Positions 27,833 to 36,776 of a stretch of 64,000 bases of DNA are shown piece by piece; position 1 is the stretch's first letter, and every line of letters begins with the position of its first letter. The notes below the pieces were generated by a model. It was not told the DNA's origin. It was given only the letters and a program-made list of their open reading frames with translations, and searched no databases. Both the position numbers and the translations under genes were made by a program. Source of the stretch: Gluconobacter sp. (lineage in GTDB: Bacteria; Pseudomonadota; Alphaproteobacteria; Acetobacterales; Acetobacteraceae); NCBI RefSeq assembly GCF_047722525.1, contig NZ_JBDNYY010000011.1, positions 6,019 to 70,018 of the forward strand, written 5' to 3'.

Positions 27833-29113
27833 ATGGCCGATCTGAGCATCAATATTGCTGGTATCCGTTCTCCCAATCCGTTCTGGCTGGCCTCGGCGCC
27901 CCCGACCGACAAGGAATACAATGTCCGCCGGGCGCTGGAAGCCGGTTGGGGCGGTGTGGTGTGGAAGACGCTGGGCGAGGATCCGCCGGTTGTGAACGTC
28001 AGCAGCCGTTATGGGGCGACCCGCTATAACGGCCAGCGCATGGCCGGGCTCAACAACATCGAGCTCATCACGGATCGTCCGCTGGCGGTCAATCTGGCGG
28101 AGATCAAGGCCGTCAAGAAGGACTATCCGGACCGGGCCATCATCGTCAGCATCATGGTGCCGTGTGTGGAGGAAAGCTGGAAGCGCATTCTTCCGCTTGT
28201 CGAGGAGACAGGTGCGGATGGCATCGAACTGAACTTCGGCTGTCCGCATGGCATGTCCGAGCGGAACATGGGGTCCGCGGTCGGGCAGGTTCCGGAATAT
28301 GTGGAAATGGTGACGCGGTGGTGCAAGCAGTACACGCGGATGCCGGTGATCGTGAAGCTGACGCCGAATATCACGAATATCCTCAATCCGGCCCGGGCTG
28401 CCCTGCGCGGGGGGGCTGATGCGGTTTCGCTGATCAACACCATCCAGTCCGTGGTCGGGGTCGATCTGGATGCGATGGCGCCCATGCCGGTCGTGGACGG
28501 GCGGGGCACGCATGGCGGTTATTGCGGGCCTGCGGTTAAGCCGATCGCCCTGAGGATGCTGGGGGAGATTGCCCGGACGCCCGATACGTCGGTTCTGCCG
28601 ATTTCGGGGATCGGGGGGATTTCGAACTGGCGGGATGCGGCCGAGTTCCTGGTGATGGGGGCGACGTCGCTCCAGGTGTGTACGGCGGCGATGCATTATG
28701 GATTCCGGATCGTGGAGGACATGATTGACGGCCTGTCCAACTGGATGGACGAAAAGGGCTTCGAGACGATCGCGGATGTAACGGGGCGTGCGGTTCCGAA
28801 TTTCGTCAACTGGAACCAGCTCAATCTGAAGTTCAAAACGCTTGCATCGATCGATCAGGACGCCTGCATCAAGTGTGGTCTTTGCCACATTGCGTGTGAG
28901 GATACGTCCCATCAGGCCATTTCGAAGACGCTGCTGGATGGTGAGCGTCATTATGAAGTGATCGACGAGGAATGTGTGGGCTGTAACCTCTGCGCGCATG
29001 TCTGTCCGGTGGATGACTGCATCACGATGGTGCCGCAGCCTGTCGAGGGTGTTCAGACATGGAACGATCATCCCAACAATCCGATGCGCAAGATCCCTGC
29101 AAAAGCGGGCTGA
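27833..29113 (+). CDS. preA: NAD-dependent dihydropyrimidine dehydrogenase subunit PreA
   Basis: 426 aa with a DHODH-like barrel (ELNFGCPHG, VIVKLTPNIT) and a C-terminal 2x[4Fe-4S] ferredoxin motif (CIKCGLCHIACED, CVGCNLCAHVCPV). It starts 3 nt after the preT stop. Confidence 0.9.
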   Translation: MADLSINIAGIRSPNPFWLASAPPTDKEYNVRRALEAGWGGVVWKTLGEDPPVVNVSSRYGATRYNGQRMAGLNNIELITDRPLAVNLAEIKAVKKDYPDRAIIVSIMVPCVEESWKRILPLVEETGADGIELNFGCPHGMSERNMGSAVGQVPEYVEMVTRWCKQYTRMPVIVKLTPNITNILNPARAALRGGADAVSLINTIQSVVGVDLDAMAPMPVVDGRGTHGGYCGPAVKPIALRMLGEIARTPDTSVLPISGIGGISNWRDAAEFLVMGATSLQVCTAAMHYGFRIVEDMIDGLSNWMDEKGFETIADVTGRAVPNFVNWNQLNLKFKTLASIDQDACIKCGLCHIACEDTSHQAISKTLLDGERHYEVIDEECVGCNLCAHVCPVDDCITMVPQPVEGVQTWNDHPNNPMRKIPAKAG

Positions 29114-29166
29114 TCGCCCCGATACAAGAAATCTGGCCACGAGAAACCCGAAAACGGAGAACGACA

Positions 29167-30429
29167 ATGAGCACACAGTCTGTATCTGGCGCGGTTGGCA
29201 ATGTTACCGTGAATGGCGTGAAGCTCTGGGATGATATTCTGGAGACGGCACGTTTCGGCGGAACACCGAAGGGTGGAATCCGGCGCCTTGCCCTGACGGA
29301 GGAGGATCGTCAGGTCCGGGACTGGTTTGTCCGGGCCTGTGAGGCGCTGGGGTGTACGGTGTCCCATGATTCCATGGGGAACCAGTTCGCGCGGCGTCCC
29401 GGGACGGATGAGACGCTGCCGCCCATTACGATGGGAAGTCATCTCGATACGCAGCCGACGGGTGGGAAATTCGACGGGATCGTCGGGGTTCTGGGCGGTC
29501 TGGCGGTTCTGCGCACGTTGCATGAAACGGGGCGGGAGACACGTCATCCGATCGAGCTGATCAACTGGACGAACGAGGAAGGGTCACGTTTTTCGCCCGC
29601 CATGTTGTCGTCCGGTGTGTTTGCGGGTGTGTTTACGGAGCAGGAAGCGCTCGATACGAAGGATCGGGAGGGCGTGCGGCTGGGGGATGCGCTTGAAGGC
29701 ATCGGGTATCGCGGTTCGGAAATCTGTGGCGCGCATCCTGTGGCGGCCTATTTCGAGCTGCATATCGAGCAGGGGCCGATCCTTGAAGTCGAGAACAAGA
29801 CGATCGGGATCGTGACGGGTGTGCAGGGCATGCGCTGGTATGAAGTCACGCTCACGGGACGGGATTCCCATGCCGGGAGCACGCCCATACGGTTGCGGGC
29901 GGATGCCCTGGTGACGGCCGCGCGCATGATTGATGCCGTTCAGACAATTGCGCTGGCGCATGGTCCGGATGCGGTGGGGACGGTCGGGCTGATCGAGAAC
30001 AGGCCGAACAGTCGCAACGTCGTTCCGGGGGAGGTGTTTTTCACGGTCGATTTCCGCGATCCCGACGACAGCATTGTCCAGAAAATGGAAGAGGCGTTTT
30101 ATGCACAGGCGTCGGAGCTGGCCGAGAAGGCCGGGCTGACGTTTGAGATCGCGCGGGTATGGGATACGCCTGCGGTCCAGTTCGATCCGGAGTGCATTGC
30201 GTCTGTCGGACGTGCTGCTGAGGCGCTGGGCTATCCGGCCCGGCGGATTGTTTCGGGCGCGGGGCATGATGCGACCTATATGGCGCAGGTTGCTCCGACC
30301 GCAATGATCTTTGTGCCCTGTGCCGGAGGGCTCAGCCATAACGAGGAGGAAAGTGCTGAGCCCGACGATGTGACGGCCGGTGCGAATGTGCTTCTCCGGG
30401 CCGTGCTGGAGACGGATGTGCGTCTCTGA
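29167..30429 (+). CDS. M20-family Zn amidohydrolase, N-carbamoyl-beta-alanine amidohydrolase (beta-ureidopropionase) / allantoate amidohydrolase type
   Basis: I prefer ATG 29167 (MSTQSVSG) over the track start at 29059, which lies inside preA. Motifs are GSHLDTQPTGGKFDG, NEEGSRF and GAGHDA. The pathway context argues for the carbamoyl-beta-alanine assignment. Confidence 0.8.
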   Translation: MSTQSVSGAVGNVTVNGVKLWDDILETARFGGTPKGGIRRLALTEEDRQVRDWFVRACEALGCTVSHDSMGNQFARRPGTDETLPPITMGSHLDTQPTGGKFDGIVGVLGGLAVLRTLHETGRETRHPIELINWTNEEGSRFSPAMLSSGVFAGVFTEQEALDTKDREGVRLGDALEGIGYRGSEICGAHPVAAYFELHIEQGPILEVENKTIGIVTGVQGMRWYEVTLTGRDSHAGSTPIRLRADALVTAARMIDAVQTIALAHGPDAVGTVGLIENRPNSRNVVPGEVFFTVDFRDPDDSIVQKMEEAFYAQASELAEKAGLTFEIARVWDTPAVQFDPECIASVGRAAEALGYPARRIVSGAGHDATYMAQVAPTAMIFVPCAGGLSHNEEESAEPDDVTAGANVLLRAVLETDVRL

Positions 30430-30495
30430 TAGGGGTTGCTCCGTCAGACCGTCGCATGGGTGGGCGGATTTTGTCGAGACTGGGAAGGGGCGTTC

Positions 30496-31914
30496 ATGAA
30501 GCCGGGTTTTGCAGCGGATCTCTATAACGAGGAACTTGCCCCGGTTGCGCCGGAGAACCGGACCTGGTCGTGGCTGAACATGGCCACGGTCTGGATGGGG
30601 ATGGTCCATAATATCGTGGCCTACGAAGCGGCCGCCGGTCTTATGGCGCTTGGCCTCTCGGCATGGGAATGTCTGGAGGTCGTGGCGGTCGCGTACGCGA
30701 TCCTGTTCGTCACGATGTGGTTCAATGCGCGGCCCGGAACGCAGTACGGGATTCCGTTCTGTGTCCTGATCCGTTCCGCTTTCGGGCCGAAGGGGGCACA
30801 GATCCCGGTTGTCCTGCGGGGATTCTGTGCGGTTTTCTGGTTTTCCGTTCAGGCTTATGCCGCCACGCAGGCGATGGATGCCATCCTCTCCACGCTGAGT
30901 GCGACATGGGCGTCTTTCGATACGCCTGTTCTGGGGATGCCGGAAAAGCGCTGGGCGTCGATGGCGATCATCTGGGCGCTTCATGCCTGGATTTCGAGCC
31001 ACGGTGTCCATCGTATCAAGAACTTCGAGCTGGTTGCCGGGCCGCTGGTCATTGTGGTGGGGCTTGTCGCGACGGTCTGGGGGCTGCGGGTGGGGCATGG
31101 TCTGGGGCCGCTGTTTTCCGTTCCGTCACGGCTGCACGGGTTTGCTTTCGTGGCGACGTTTGCGCTGGGCGTGACGGGCATGATCGGGATGTGGGCGACG
31201 TTTGCCGTGAATATCCCGGATCTCTCGCGGTTTGTCCGGTCCCAGCGCGATCAGGTCATCGGGCAGGCCATTGGTCTGCCACTGACGGCTCTTGTTTTCA
31301 CGCCGATGGCCATCATCACCACATCGGCGACCGTTCTGCTGTTCGGACGGCCGATCTGGAATCCGACGGAGCTTCTGCTCGCGCTCAATCAGCCGCTCGT
31401 TACGGTGATCGGAGGGGCCACGCTCGTTCTGGCGACACTGTCCGTGAATGTGGTCGCCAATATTCTTCCGGCGTCCTACGACCTTATCAATCTCTTTCCC
31501 CGTTATCTTGATTTCAATCGCGCCAGTCGGCTTGTCCTTGCTCTTGGGATTTTCTTTGTCCCCTGGCTCTGGTTCGATCATGCCGATAATATTTATCGGA
31601 TGCTCGATATCATTGGCGGCACTCTGGGGCCTGTGACGGGCATCATGCTGGCTGATTATTATATTGTCCGGCGGCAGGCCCTCGATGTTGGCGCGCTTTA
31701 CCGGCACGGCGATGTCTATGATGGGCGGGGAGGCTGGCATGTGCCGGCGATCATCACGCTCGCTGTGGGGGGCGTTGTTGCTTCTGCGGGGCAGGTGGTT
31801 CCGGCCCTGCATGCTCTGGGGAGTGTGTCCTGGTTTGCCGGGGTTCTCATCGGGTTCGGACTGTACCTTGCCCTGACCTGTGACTGGCAGAAGCGGGGTG
31901 TACAGATCAGGTGA
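30496..31914 (+). CDS. NCS1-family nucleobase:cation symporter (uracil/thymine/hydantoin-type permease)
   Basis: ATG 30496 is preceded by GGGAAGGGG. The protein has about 12 hydrophobic spans, and its N-terminus NEELAPVAPENRTWSW is typical of NCS1 permeases. It is the last gene of the pre operon. Confidence 0.85.
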   Translation: MKPGFAADLYNEELAPVAPENRTWSWLNMATVWMGMVHNIVAYEAAAGLMALGLSAWECLEVVAVAYAILFVTMWFNARPGTQYGIPFCVLIRSAFGPKGAQIPVVLRGFCAVFWFSVQAYAATQAMDAILSTLSATWASFDTPVLGMPEKRWASMAIIWALHAWISSHGVHRIKNFELVAGPLVIVVGLVATVWGLRVGHGLGPLFSVPSRLHGFAFVATFALGVTGMIGMWATFAVNIPDLSRFVRSQRDQVIGQAIGLPLTALVFTPMAIITTSATVLLFGRPIWNPTELLLALNQPLVTVIGGATLVLATLSVNVVANILPASYDLINLFPRYLDFNRASRLVLALGIFFVPWLWFDHADNIYRMLDIIGGTLGPVTGIMLADYYIVRRQALDVGALYRHGDVYDGRGGWHVPAIITLAVGGVVASAGQVVPALHALGSVSWFAGVLIGFGLYLALTCDWQKRGVQIR

Positions 31915-31926
31915 GCGGCTTTCCGT

Positions 31927-32012
31927 GACAGTTCAGTGAAGAAGTTATCTGTTCCCGACTCGAATCATTGTGTCTCCCGTTCAGGCTTGCTACTAATTTG
32001 ACTGTTCAGTCA
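31927..32012. repeat. Two copies of GAC(A/T)GTTCAGT(G/C)A upstream of the receptor gene; the second is the palindrome GACTGttCAGTC
   Basis: Read directly: GACAGTTCAGTGA at 31927-31939 and GACTGTTCAGTCA at 32000-32012, 73 bp apart. The flanks of the second copy give TGAC-N6-GTCA, which is the outer half of a RutR-like box. Confidence 0.3.
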
Positions 32013-32088
32013 GCTTCGTAATGTTTCAGCCCCGTGCTTCTGTAGCAGAACGTTGCAGAATGCGTCCTTTGAAGGAAAACGCGTTTCC

Positions 32089-34548
32089 ATGTCGCTTCCT
32101 TTTATCCGAACCTGTTATGTAACGCTTCTTGCGGGTACAGCACTGGCCAGTGTGGCTGCTCATGCGGCATCCTCAGGCCATACGTCTCATGCGCCTTCTC
32201 CTGCGGCTCCTTCCGGCAGTTCGCCGGCGCCGGCACGGGGGGCGGGCAAGACTGCTGCTTCGGCTGCACCCGCCGTGAAAAGCCCTCCGCACGACATGAC
32301 GGCGTCCGGCCGGATTGAGGAAGTCAATGTTTCCGGGCGCAGTACACGGACGCGTTCTCCTGGCGGTGGCCTGATGCGGGTCGAAACGGCGGCGAAGGCC
32401 ATCCAGACTGTCACGCGCGACTTTATTGCCAAACAGATGCCCTCCGCGAACGTCCAGCAGCTTATTGCGATGCTGCCGAGCGTGAACGTCGCGCAGCAGG
32501 ATCCGGCGGGTCTGTATTCCGGACAGGTCAACGTCCGGGGGTTCGACCAGAGCGAAGTGGGCTGGACGCTCGATGGCGCGCCGCTGAATGATATTGGTGG
32601 CGGTCAGTTTTATGCCAACGAGGTTCTGGAATCCGAGGATCTGGAGAATGTTTCCCTCCAGCCGGGTTCTGTCGATATCAACAGCCCTGTCGTGAATGCA
32701 TCCGCCGGTCTGACCAGCATGACCATGACGAACCCGACGACACGCGCGGGCGGACTGCTGGATGTTTCCTTCGGCTCGTTCGATACGTTCCGCGAGTTTC
32801 TGCGCCTGAACTCCGGCTATATCGGAAACAGCGGCATCCGGGCCATGTTTGCTTTCAGTCATACGAAGGCCAACCAGTATCGCGGGCCGGGGCAGGCGGA
32901 GAAGTTCCATTATGACTTCAAGGCCGTCAAGGATTTCAACAATGGAAGTCATACCGGCCTGACGGTCTCGTATAACGACCAGGTCAATGATTCCTATCTC
33001 AACCCGAGTCTGCCCAATTACCTGAAGTCCGGTTACAGCAATAACTATGCGGCGGATTATACCGGTGTGAGTTCAGGGGCCAATTATTACCGGCTGCACG
33101 TCAATCCATTCCGCAACGTCGTTGCGGTGCTTCCCACCCATATTGTGGTTTCTCCGAAAATCACGATCGATGACTCTCTCTATTTCTGGCATGGGATCGG
33201 GAATGGCACGGGCGCCGGGCTGGTGAATGCCTCGACCGGTCTTGGCAATCAGTCTGTTGCGCTGGATCTGAATGGCGCCAGTCGTGCTCTTGCGCTGACG
33301 CCGTCCAACCAGGAACAGTTCCGGACCGGCAACACGCTCTCCCTGCATTACAGGCCGGACCGTCACCATGACCTTTCGATGGGGTGGTGGTACGAATATT
33401 CCAACGAGCTTCAGTTCTCCCCCTATGGGCGTGTGAATCAGGCGACTGGAGAGCCGTCCAATATCTGGGGGACGAGCAGTATTCTTCAGACGACGACGGG
33501 ACAGGATTACAAGGTCCGCAACTTCCTGACCCTGACGCAGGTGAACATGCTGTTCATCGGCGATGAGATGAAATACTTCAACGACCGTCTGAAGATCGTT
33601 CTGGGCTTCAAGGAAGCGATGGTGACGCGCCGGACCTATAACTATGTTCCCGGCACGACCTATAACCGAAACCTGCATAGTGCGGAGCCGCTGCCGCAGG
33701 TCGGACTGTCCTGGAACTTCGATCGCAAGAACCAGATCTTTGTTTCCGGCAGCACAAATTTCAAGATGCCCTCCAATACGTCTCTTGTGGATTATTACGG
33801 CACCGGGAAAACGAAGACACAGCTCGGTGGGTCCAGCAATCCCGAATATACCATCGAGGAAGAACTGGGATACCGCTACAATGGCGATGTCATTGTCGGG
33901 TCTGTGTCCTTCTTCAACTACAATCTGTCGAACCGCCAGCAGTCCCTCAATTACTATCTGGGCGGGACGGCGAACGGGGCGTCCTACAGCCAGACCGTCA
34001 ATGCTGGTGGCCAGACGACGCGGGGTGTTGATGTCCAGCTCAGCACGCGTCCGATCTGGCATCATCTGCGTCCCTATGTCACGTTTGAGTACCTGCACTC
34101 GACCATCGACAACAATATCGCGGCAACCACGACCAGCGGGACCAGTGATTTTCTGCGGACCAAGGGCAAGACGGCCATCCGGTCTCCGCATGAGATGGCG
34201 GGGATCGGCATTGATTATGACGATGGCAGCTTCTGGTTTTCCGGGCAGGTCAAGTATGTGGGCAAGCAGTACGCCACGTTCATGAACGACAATGCCATTC
34301 CCCAGTACATCACGAACAATGTCGGCATGGGATACCGTTTCCACAACGCGGGTTTCCTGAAATCGCCACAGATCCAGTTGAACATGCAGAACCTGACGGG
34401 TGCCAAGTTCCGCAGCGGCGTCTACGGTTTCACGACGAATGCAAGTGCGACGAAGGGTGTTTTCGGCGGTACGATTGCCGGTTCTTCCCCGAGTTATTAT
34501 CTCCAGGTGCCGTTCAGTGCGATGGTGACACTCTCGACCGGCTTTTAA
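32089..34548 (+). CDS. TonB-dependent outer-membrane receptor
   Basis: ATG 32089 gives the signal MSLPFIRTCYVTLLAGTALASVAAHA. A Pro/Ala/Ser-rich linker follows, then the plug (IQTVTRDFIAKQMP, NVRGFDQSEVGWTLDGAPLND), a long beta-barrel, and a terminal aromatic (LSTGF). Confidence 0.9.
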   Translation: MSLPFIRTCYVTLLAGTALASVAAHAASSGHTSHAPSPAAPSGSSPAPARGAGKTAASAAPAVKSPPHDMTASGRIEEVNVSGRSTRTRSPGGGLMRVETAAKAIQTVTRDFIAKQMPSANVQQLIAMLPSVNVAQQDPAGLYSGQVNVRGFDQSEVGWTLDGAPLNDIGGGQFYANEVLESEDLENVSLQPGSVDINSPVVNASAGLTSMTMTNPTTRAGGLLDVSFGSFDTFREFLRLNSGYIGNSGIRAMFAFSHTKANQYRGPGQAEKFHYDFKAVKDFNNGSHTGLTVSYNDQVNDSYLNPSLPNYLKSGYSNNYAADYTGVSSGANYYRLHVNPFRNVVAVLPTHIVVSPKITIDDSLYFWHGIGNGTGAGLVNASTGLGNQSVALDLNGASRALALTPSNQEQFRTGNTLSLHYRPDRHHDLSMGWWYEYSNELQFSPYGRVNQATGEPSNIWGTSSILQTTTGQDYKVRNFLTLTQVNMLFIGDEMKYFNDRLKIVLGFKEAMVTRRTYNYVPGTTYNRNLHSAEPLPQVGLSWNFDRKNQIFVSGSTNFKMPSNTSLVDYYGTGKTKTQLGGSSNPEYTIEEELGYRYNGDVIVGSVSFFNYNLSNRQQSLNYYLGGTANGASYSQTVNAGGQTTRGVDVQLSTRPIWHHLRPYVTFEYLHSTIDNNIAATTTSGTSDFLRTKGKTAIRSPHEMAGIGIDYDDGSFWFSGQVKYVGKQYATFMNDNAIPQYITNNVGMGYRFHNAGFLKSPQIQLNMQNLTGAKFRSGVYGFTTNASATKGVFGGTIAGSSPSYYLQVPFSAMVTLSTGF

Positions 34549-34555
34549 GACGAAG

Positions 34556-34583
34556 GGCCTGTCTTTCGTATGAAAGGCAGGCC
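34556..34583 (+). terminator. Hairpin directly after the receptor stop (GGCCTGTCTTTC-gtat-GAAAGGCAGGCC)
   Basis: A 12-bp stem with one G.U pair, 8 nt after the TAA at 34546-34548. Only a weak T-rich tail follows. Confidence 0.45.
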
Positions 34584-34861
34584 TGAGCGTTGTTTCGGCA
34601 GAGCGGTCGGGGGAATGTGATACCGAAAGCAGGAGCTTCTTCGCGCAGGGCCTCGTTCTGTAATCTGCCCTGCGTCAATCACGTATATGCGTTCTGGTCC
34701 AGAAGTGCTCCAGATTGCATCGTGCCGAAGCCTGAAATCGAGCATCCAGATGAAATATCTGAATGATAAGATTTATTTATTTGCAGATATACAAATATAA
34801 TAATTGATTTAAGGAATATTTGTAATGGATGATGTCGTTCTCGGAAAAGGGATAAATTTCT

Positions 34862-35845
34862 GTGGCGACATCCGAACAAAGATCTTTGAATATTTCAGAA
34901 ATATTCGCTGCATCATGCAGAATACGGGATCATGTGGTCCGTACGCCCCTTCTTGAAAGTCCCAGCCTGAATGAGCGGCTGGGAGGGCGTATTCTGGTTA
35001 AACCGGAAATGCTTCAGAGAACCGGTTCTTTCAAGTTCCGGGGGGCCTGCAACCGCATTCTGCAACTGACGCCGACTGAGCGGCGAGGCGGGGTTGTGGC
35101 GTGGTCTTCGGGTAATCATGCCCTGGCCATTTCGGCTGTCTGTGCCCGGTTGGGCATTCCGGCTCATATCGTCATGCCTGAGAGCGCTCCCCAGATGAAG
35201 ATCGAGGGTGCGCGACGTTATGGGGCCAAGGTCAGGCTGTATGACCGCGCGACGGAAAGCCGTGAAGAGATCGGCGCCGGGATCGCGGAAGCCGAAGGAG
35301 GGATCATTGTTCCGCCCTATGATGATTTCGATGTCATGGCAGGCCAGGGTACGGTTGGTCTTGAAATCATGGAGCAGTGCCGGGAAATGGGGTTGGTACC
35401 GGACAGCGTCCTGTCCAGTGCGAGTGGGGGAGGCCTAGTGGCGGGGATTGCCACGGCTGTTCGTACCCTTAGCCCGGAGACTGAGGTCTACTCCATCGAG
35501 CCTGCGGGTTTTGATGATCTGGCCCGGTCGCTGGCATGTGGGAAGCGGGTCGAAAATACAGGGGGGATGAGCACATTGTGCGACTCCCTGATGGCCTCCA
35601 CGCCCGGTGTTCTGACGTTTCCTGTAAACCAGGCCTTGCTGGCGGATGGCCTTGTTGTGAATGACACGGAAATCCGGGTCGGGATGGCCGGTTGTTTCGA
35701 GCATTTCAAGCTTGTTGCGGAACCCGGAGGGGCGGCGCCACTTGCTGCGATGCTGTCTGGAAAATTGGATTTGCGGGGAAAGACGACAGTTGCGGTCCTG
35801 AGTGGCGGGAATGTCGATCCGGCTGTGTATTCCGGAATACTGTAA
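34862..35845 (+). CDS. PLP-dependent threonine/serine dehydratase (serine-racemase / hydroxyaspartate ammonia-lyase-like)
   Basis: 327 aa with a GTG start. The PLP-lysine motif is TGSFKFRGA, followed by SSGNHALA and SGGGLVAGIA. It is preceded by a roughly 120-nt spacer of very low GC. Confidence 0.85.
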   Translation: MATSEQRSLNISEIFAASCRIRDHVVRTPLLESPSLNERLGGRILVKPEMLQRTGSFKFRGACNRILQLTPTERRGGVVAWSSGNHALAISAVCARLGIPAHIVMPESAPQMKIEGARRYGAKVRLYDRATESREEIGAGIAEAEGGIIVPPYDDFDVMAGQGTVGLEIMEQCREMGLVPDSVLSSASGGGLVAGIATAVRTLSPETEVYSIEPAGFDDLARSLACGKRVENTGGMSTLCDSLMASTPGVLTFPVNQALLADGLVVNDTEIRVGMAGCFEHFKLVAEPGGAAPLAAMLSGKLDLRGKTTVAVLSGGNVDPAVYSGIL

Positions 35846-35861
35846 AGGCGAGGCGCGTAGG

Positions 35862-36053
35862 ATGTCGAAGTGCCAGATACCACTGTATAAGCGGATCTTC
35901 GAAAGCAACGATGACATCACGAGGCTGGATTATACGGCGGCCGGCAGTATCGGTCTGATTTGTGAGGCTCTCCAGAAGCGCCGGTCTGGGAACAGGGGTA
36001 TGGTCATCAACGGGCAGGTTCAGGCGGGTGACTGGAGGCAGATCCGTGACTGA
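35862..36053 (+). CDS. Candidate small protein (63 aa), no family recognised
   Basis: ATG 35862 lies 8 nt after GAGG and 16 nt after the dehydratase stop. Its TGA (36051-36053) overlaps the GTG (36046) that I take as the RidA start (GTGACTGA). GC-rich third positions resemble those of the neighbouring genes. I have no homology evidence. Confidence 0.3.
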   Translation: MSKCQIPLYKRIFESNDDITRLDYTAAGSIGLICEALQKRRSGNRGMVINGQVQAGDWRQIRD

Positions 36054-36507
36054 GTCCAGACCTGTTCTTCCGGGTGGACTGATTCTTCCGCCTGTCAGCG
36101 TGCCGCGGGGGAATTACACGCCCGTCCTGTCCTGTGACGGTTTCCTGTTTGTGGCAGGACAGGGACCCCGGTGGGGAGATGATCTTCGCTACAAGGGAGT
36201 CGTGGGAAGGGATTTTTCCGTCGAGGAGGGACAACAGGCCGCGAGGCTCTGTGGTCTCAATATCATGGCGCATGTCCTGACATTTCTGGAAGGCGATCTG
36301 TCCCGTATCAGACAACTCGTCAGGGTGGCAGGAGTGATCCGGTGTACGGACGGGTTCGAACAGCAGGCGAGGGTTCTGAATGGTGCGTCTGACCTGTTCG
36401 GAGAACTTCTGGGAGAGGCAGGTCGTCATGTGCGGATTGCCACCGGGGCGTCAGCCTTGCCCTCGGGGATGGCGGTAGAAGTCGAGGCGATGTTCAGGAT
36501 CGACTGA
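36046..36507 (+). CDS. RidA/YjgF/TdcF-family reactive-intermediate deaminase
   Basis: PRGNYTPVLSCDGFLFVAGQGP and a C-terminal AVEVEAMFRI are typical of RidA-family proteins. GTG 36046 gives 153 aa; the track start at 35962 would add an Arg/Gly-rich extension. Confidence 0.8.
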   Translation: MTESRPVLPGGLILPPVSVPRGNYTPVLSCDGFLFVAGQGPRWGDDLRYKGVVGRDFSVEEGQQAARLCGLNIMAHVLTFLEGDLSRIRQLVRVAGVIRCTDGFEQQARVLNGASDLFGELLGEAGRHVRIATGASALPSGMAVEVEAMFRID

Positions 36508-36776
36508 TCCAGGGGTGGTGGTGTCCTGCCGGGCATGTCTCCGTGCGGGTGGCATAAAGAAAATTTATTGGTCTGGATAACAAGATAAACGTTCCAAGAT
36601 CGTATCAAGCCCTACTATCATCTTCGTGAAGCAGAAGCGAAGAATACCGGGCTGTCGGGGCGGGCGATCCTGTGAATAAAGTCATTGCGAGGTGATTTTT
36701 CTGTAATCGCGGCGCAGATGAAGAAATTCCGGCAGGCTCTGGATTTTTTGTTGTTATATACCAGGGATGGGTGGAA

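Noticed and set aside
26723-29176. An 817-aa ORF on the minus strand spanning both preT and preA and their junction.
   Set aside because: It is antisense to two genes with unmistakable PreT/PreA motifs. I checked the arithmetic. preT (26486) and preA (27833) are in the same frame (the difference is 1347, or 449 codons), and the antisense ORF is codon-aligned with both. It therefore only requires the absence of the sense codons TTA, CTA and TCA, which are rare in GC-rich genes. Its product is Arg/His/Pro-rich low-complexity sequence without recognisable motifs. It is a shadow ORF.
34759-34777. A Fur-box-like sequence, CTGAATGATAAGATTTATT.
   Set aside because: By my count only 12 of 19 positions match GATAATGATAATCATTATC. 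It lies downstream, not upstream, of the receptor gene, and in DNA so AT-rich that such matches are expected by chance.
36508-36770. A possible riboswitch (TPP- or cobalamin-like) upstream of the receptor gene, suggested by TCTGGATAA at about 36571-36580 and a preceding GGGGTGG stretch.
   Set aside because: Only a 9-nt resemblance to the TPP-riboswitch pyrimidine-sensor helix is present. The CUGAGA element and the paired stems are absent, and I found no B12 box. An Rfam scan would settle the question.
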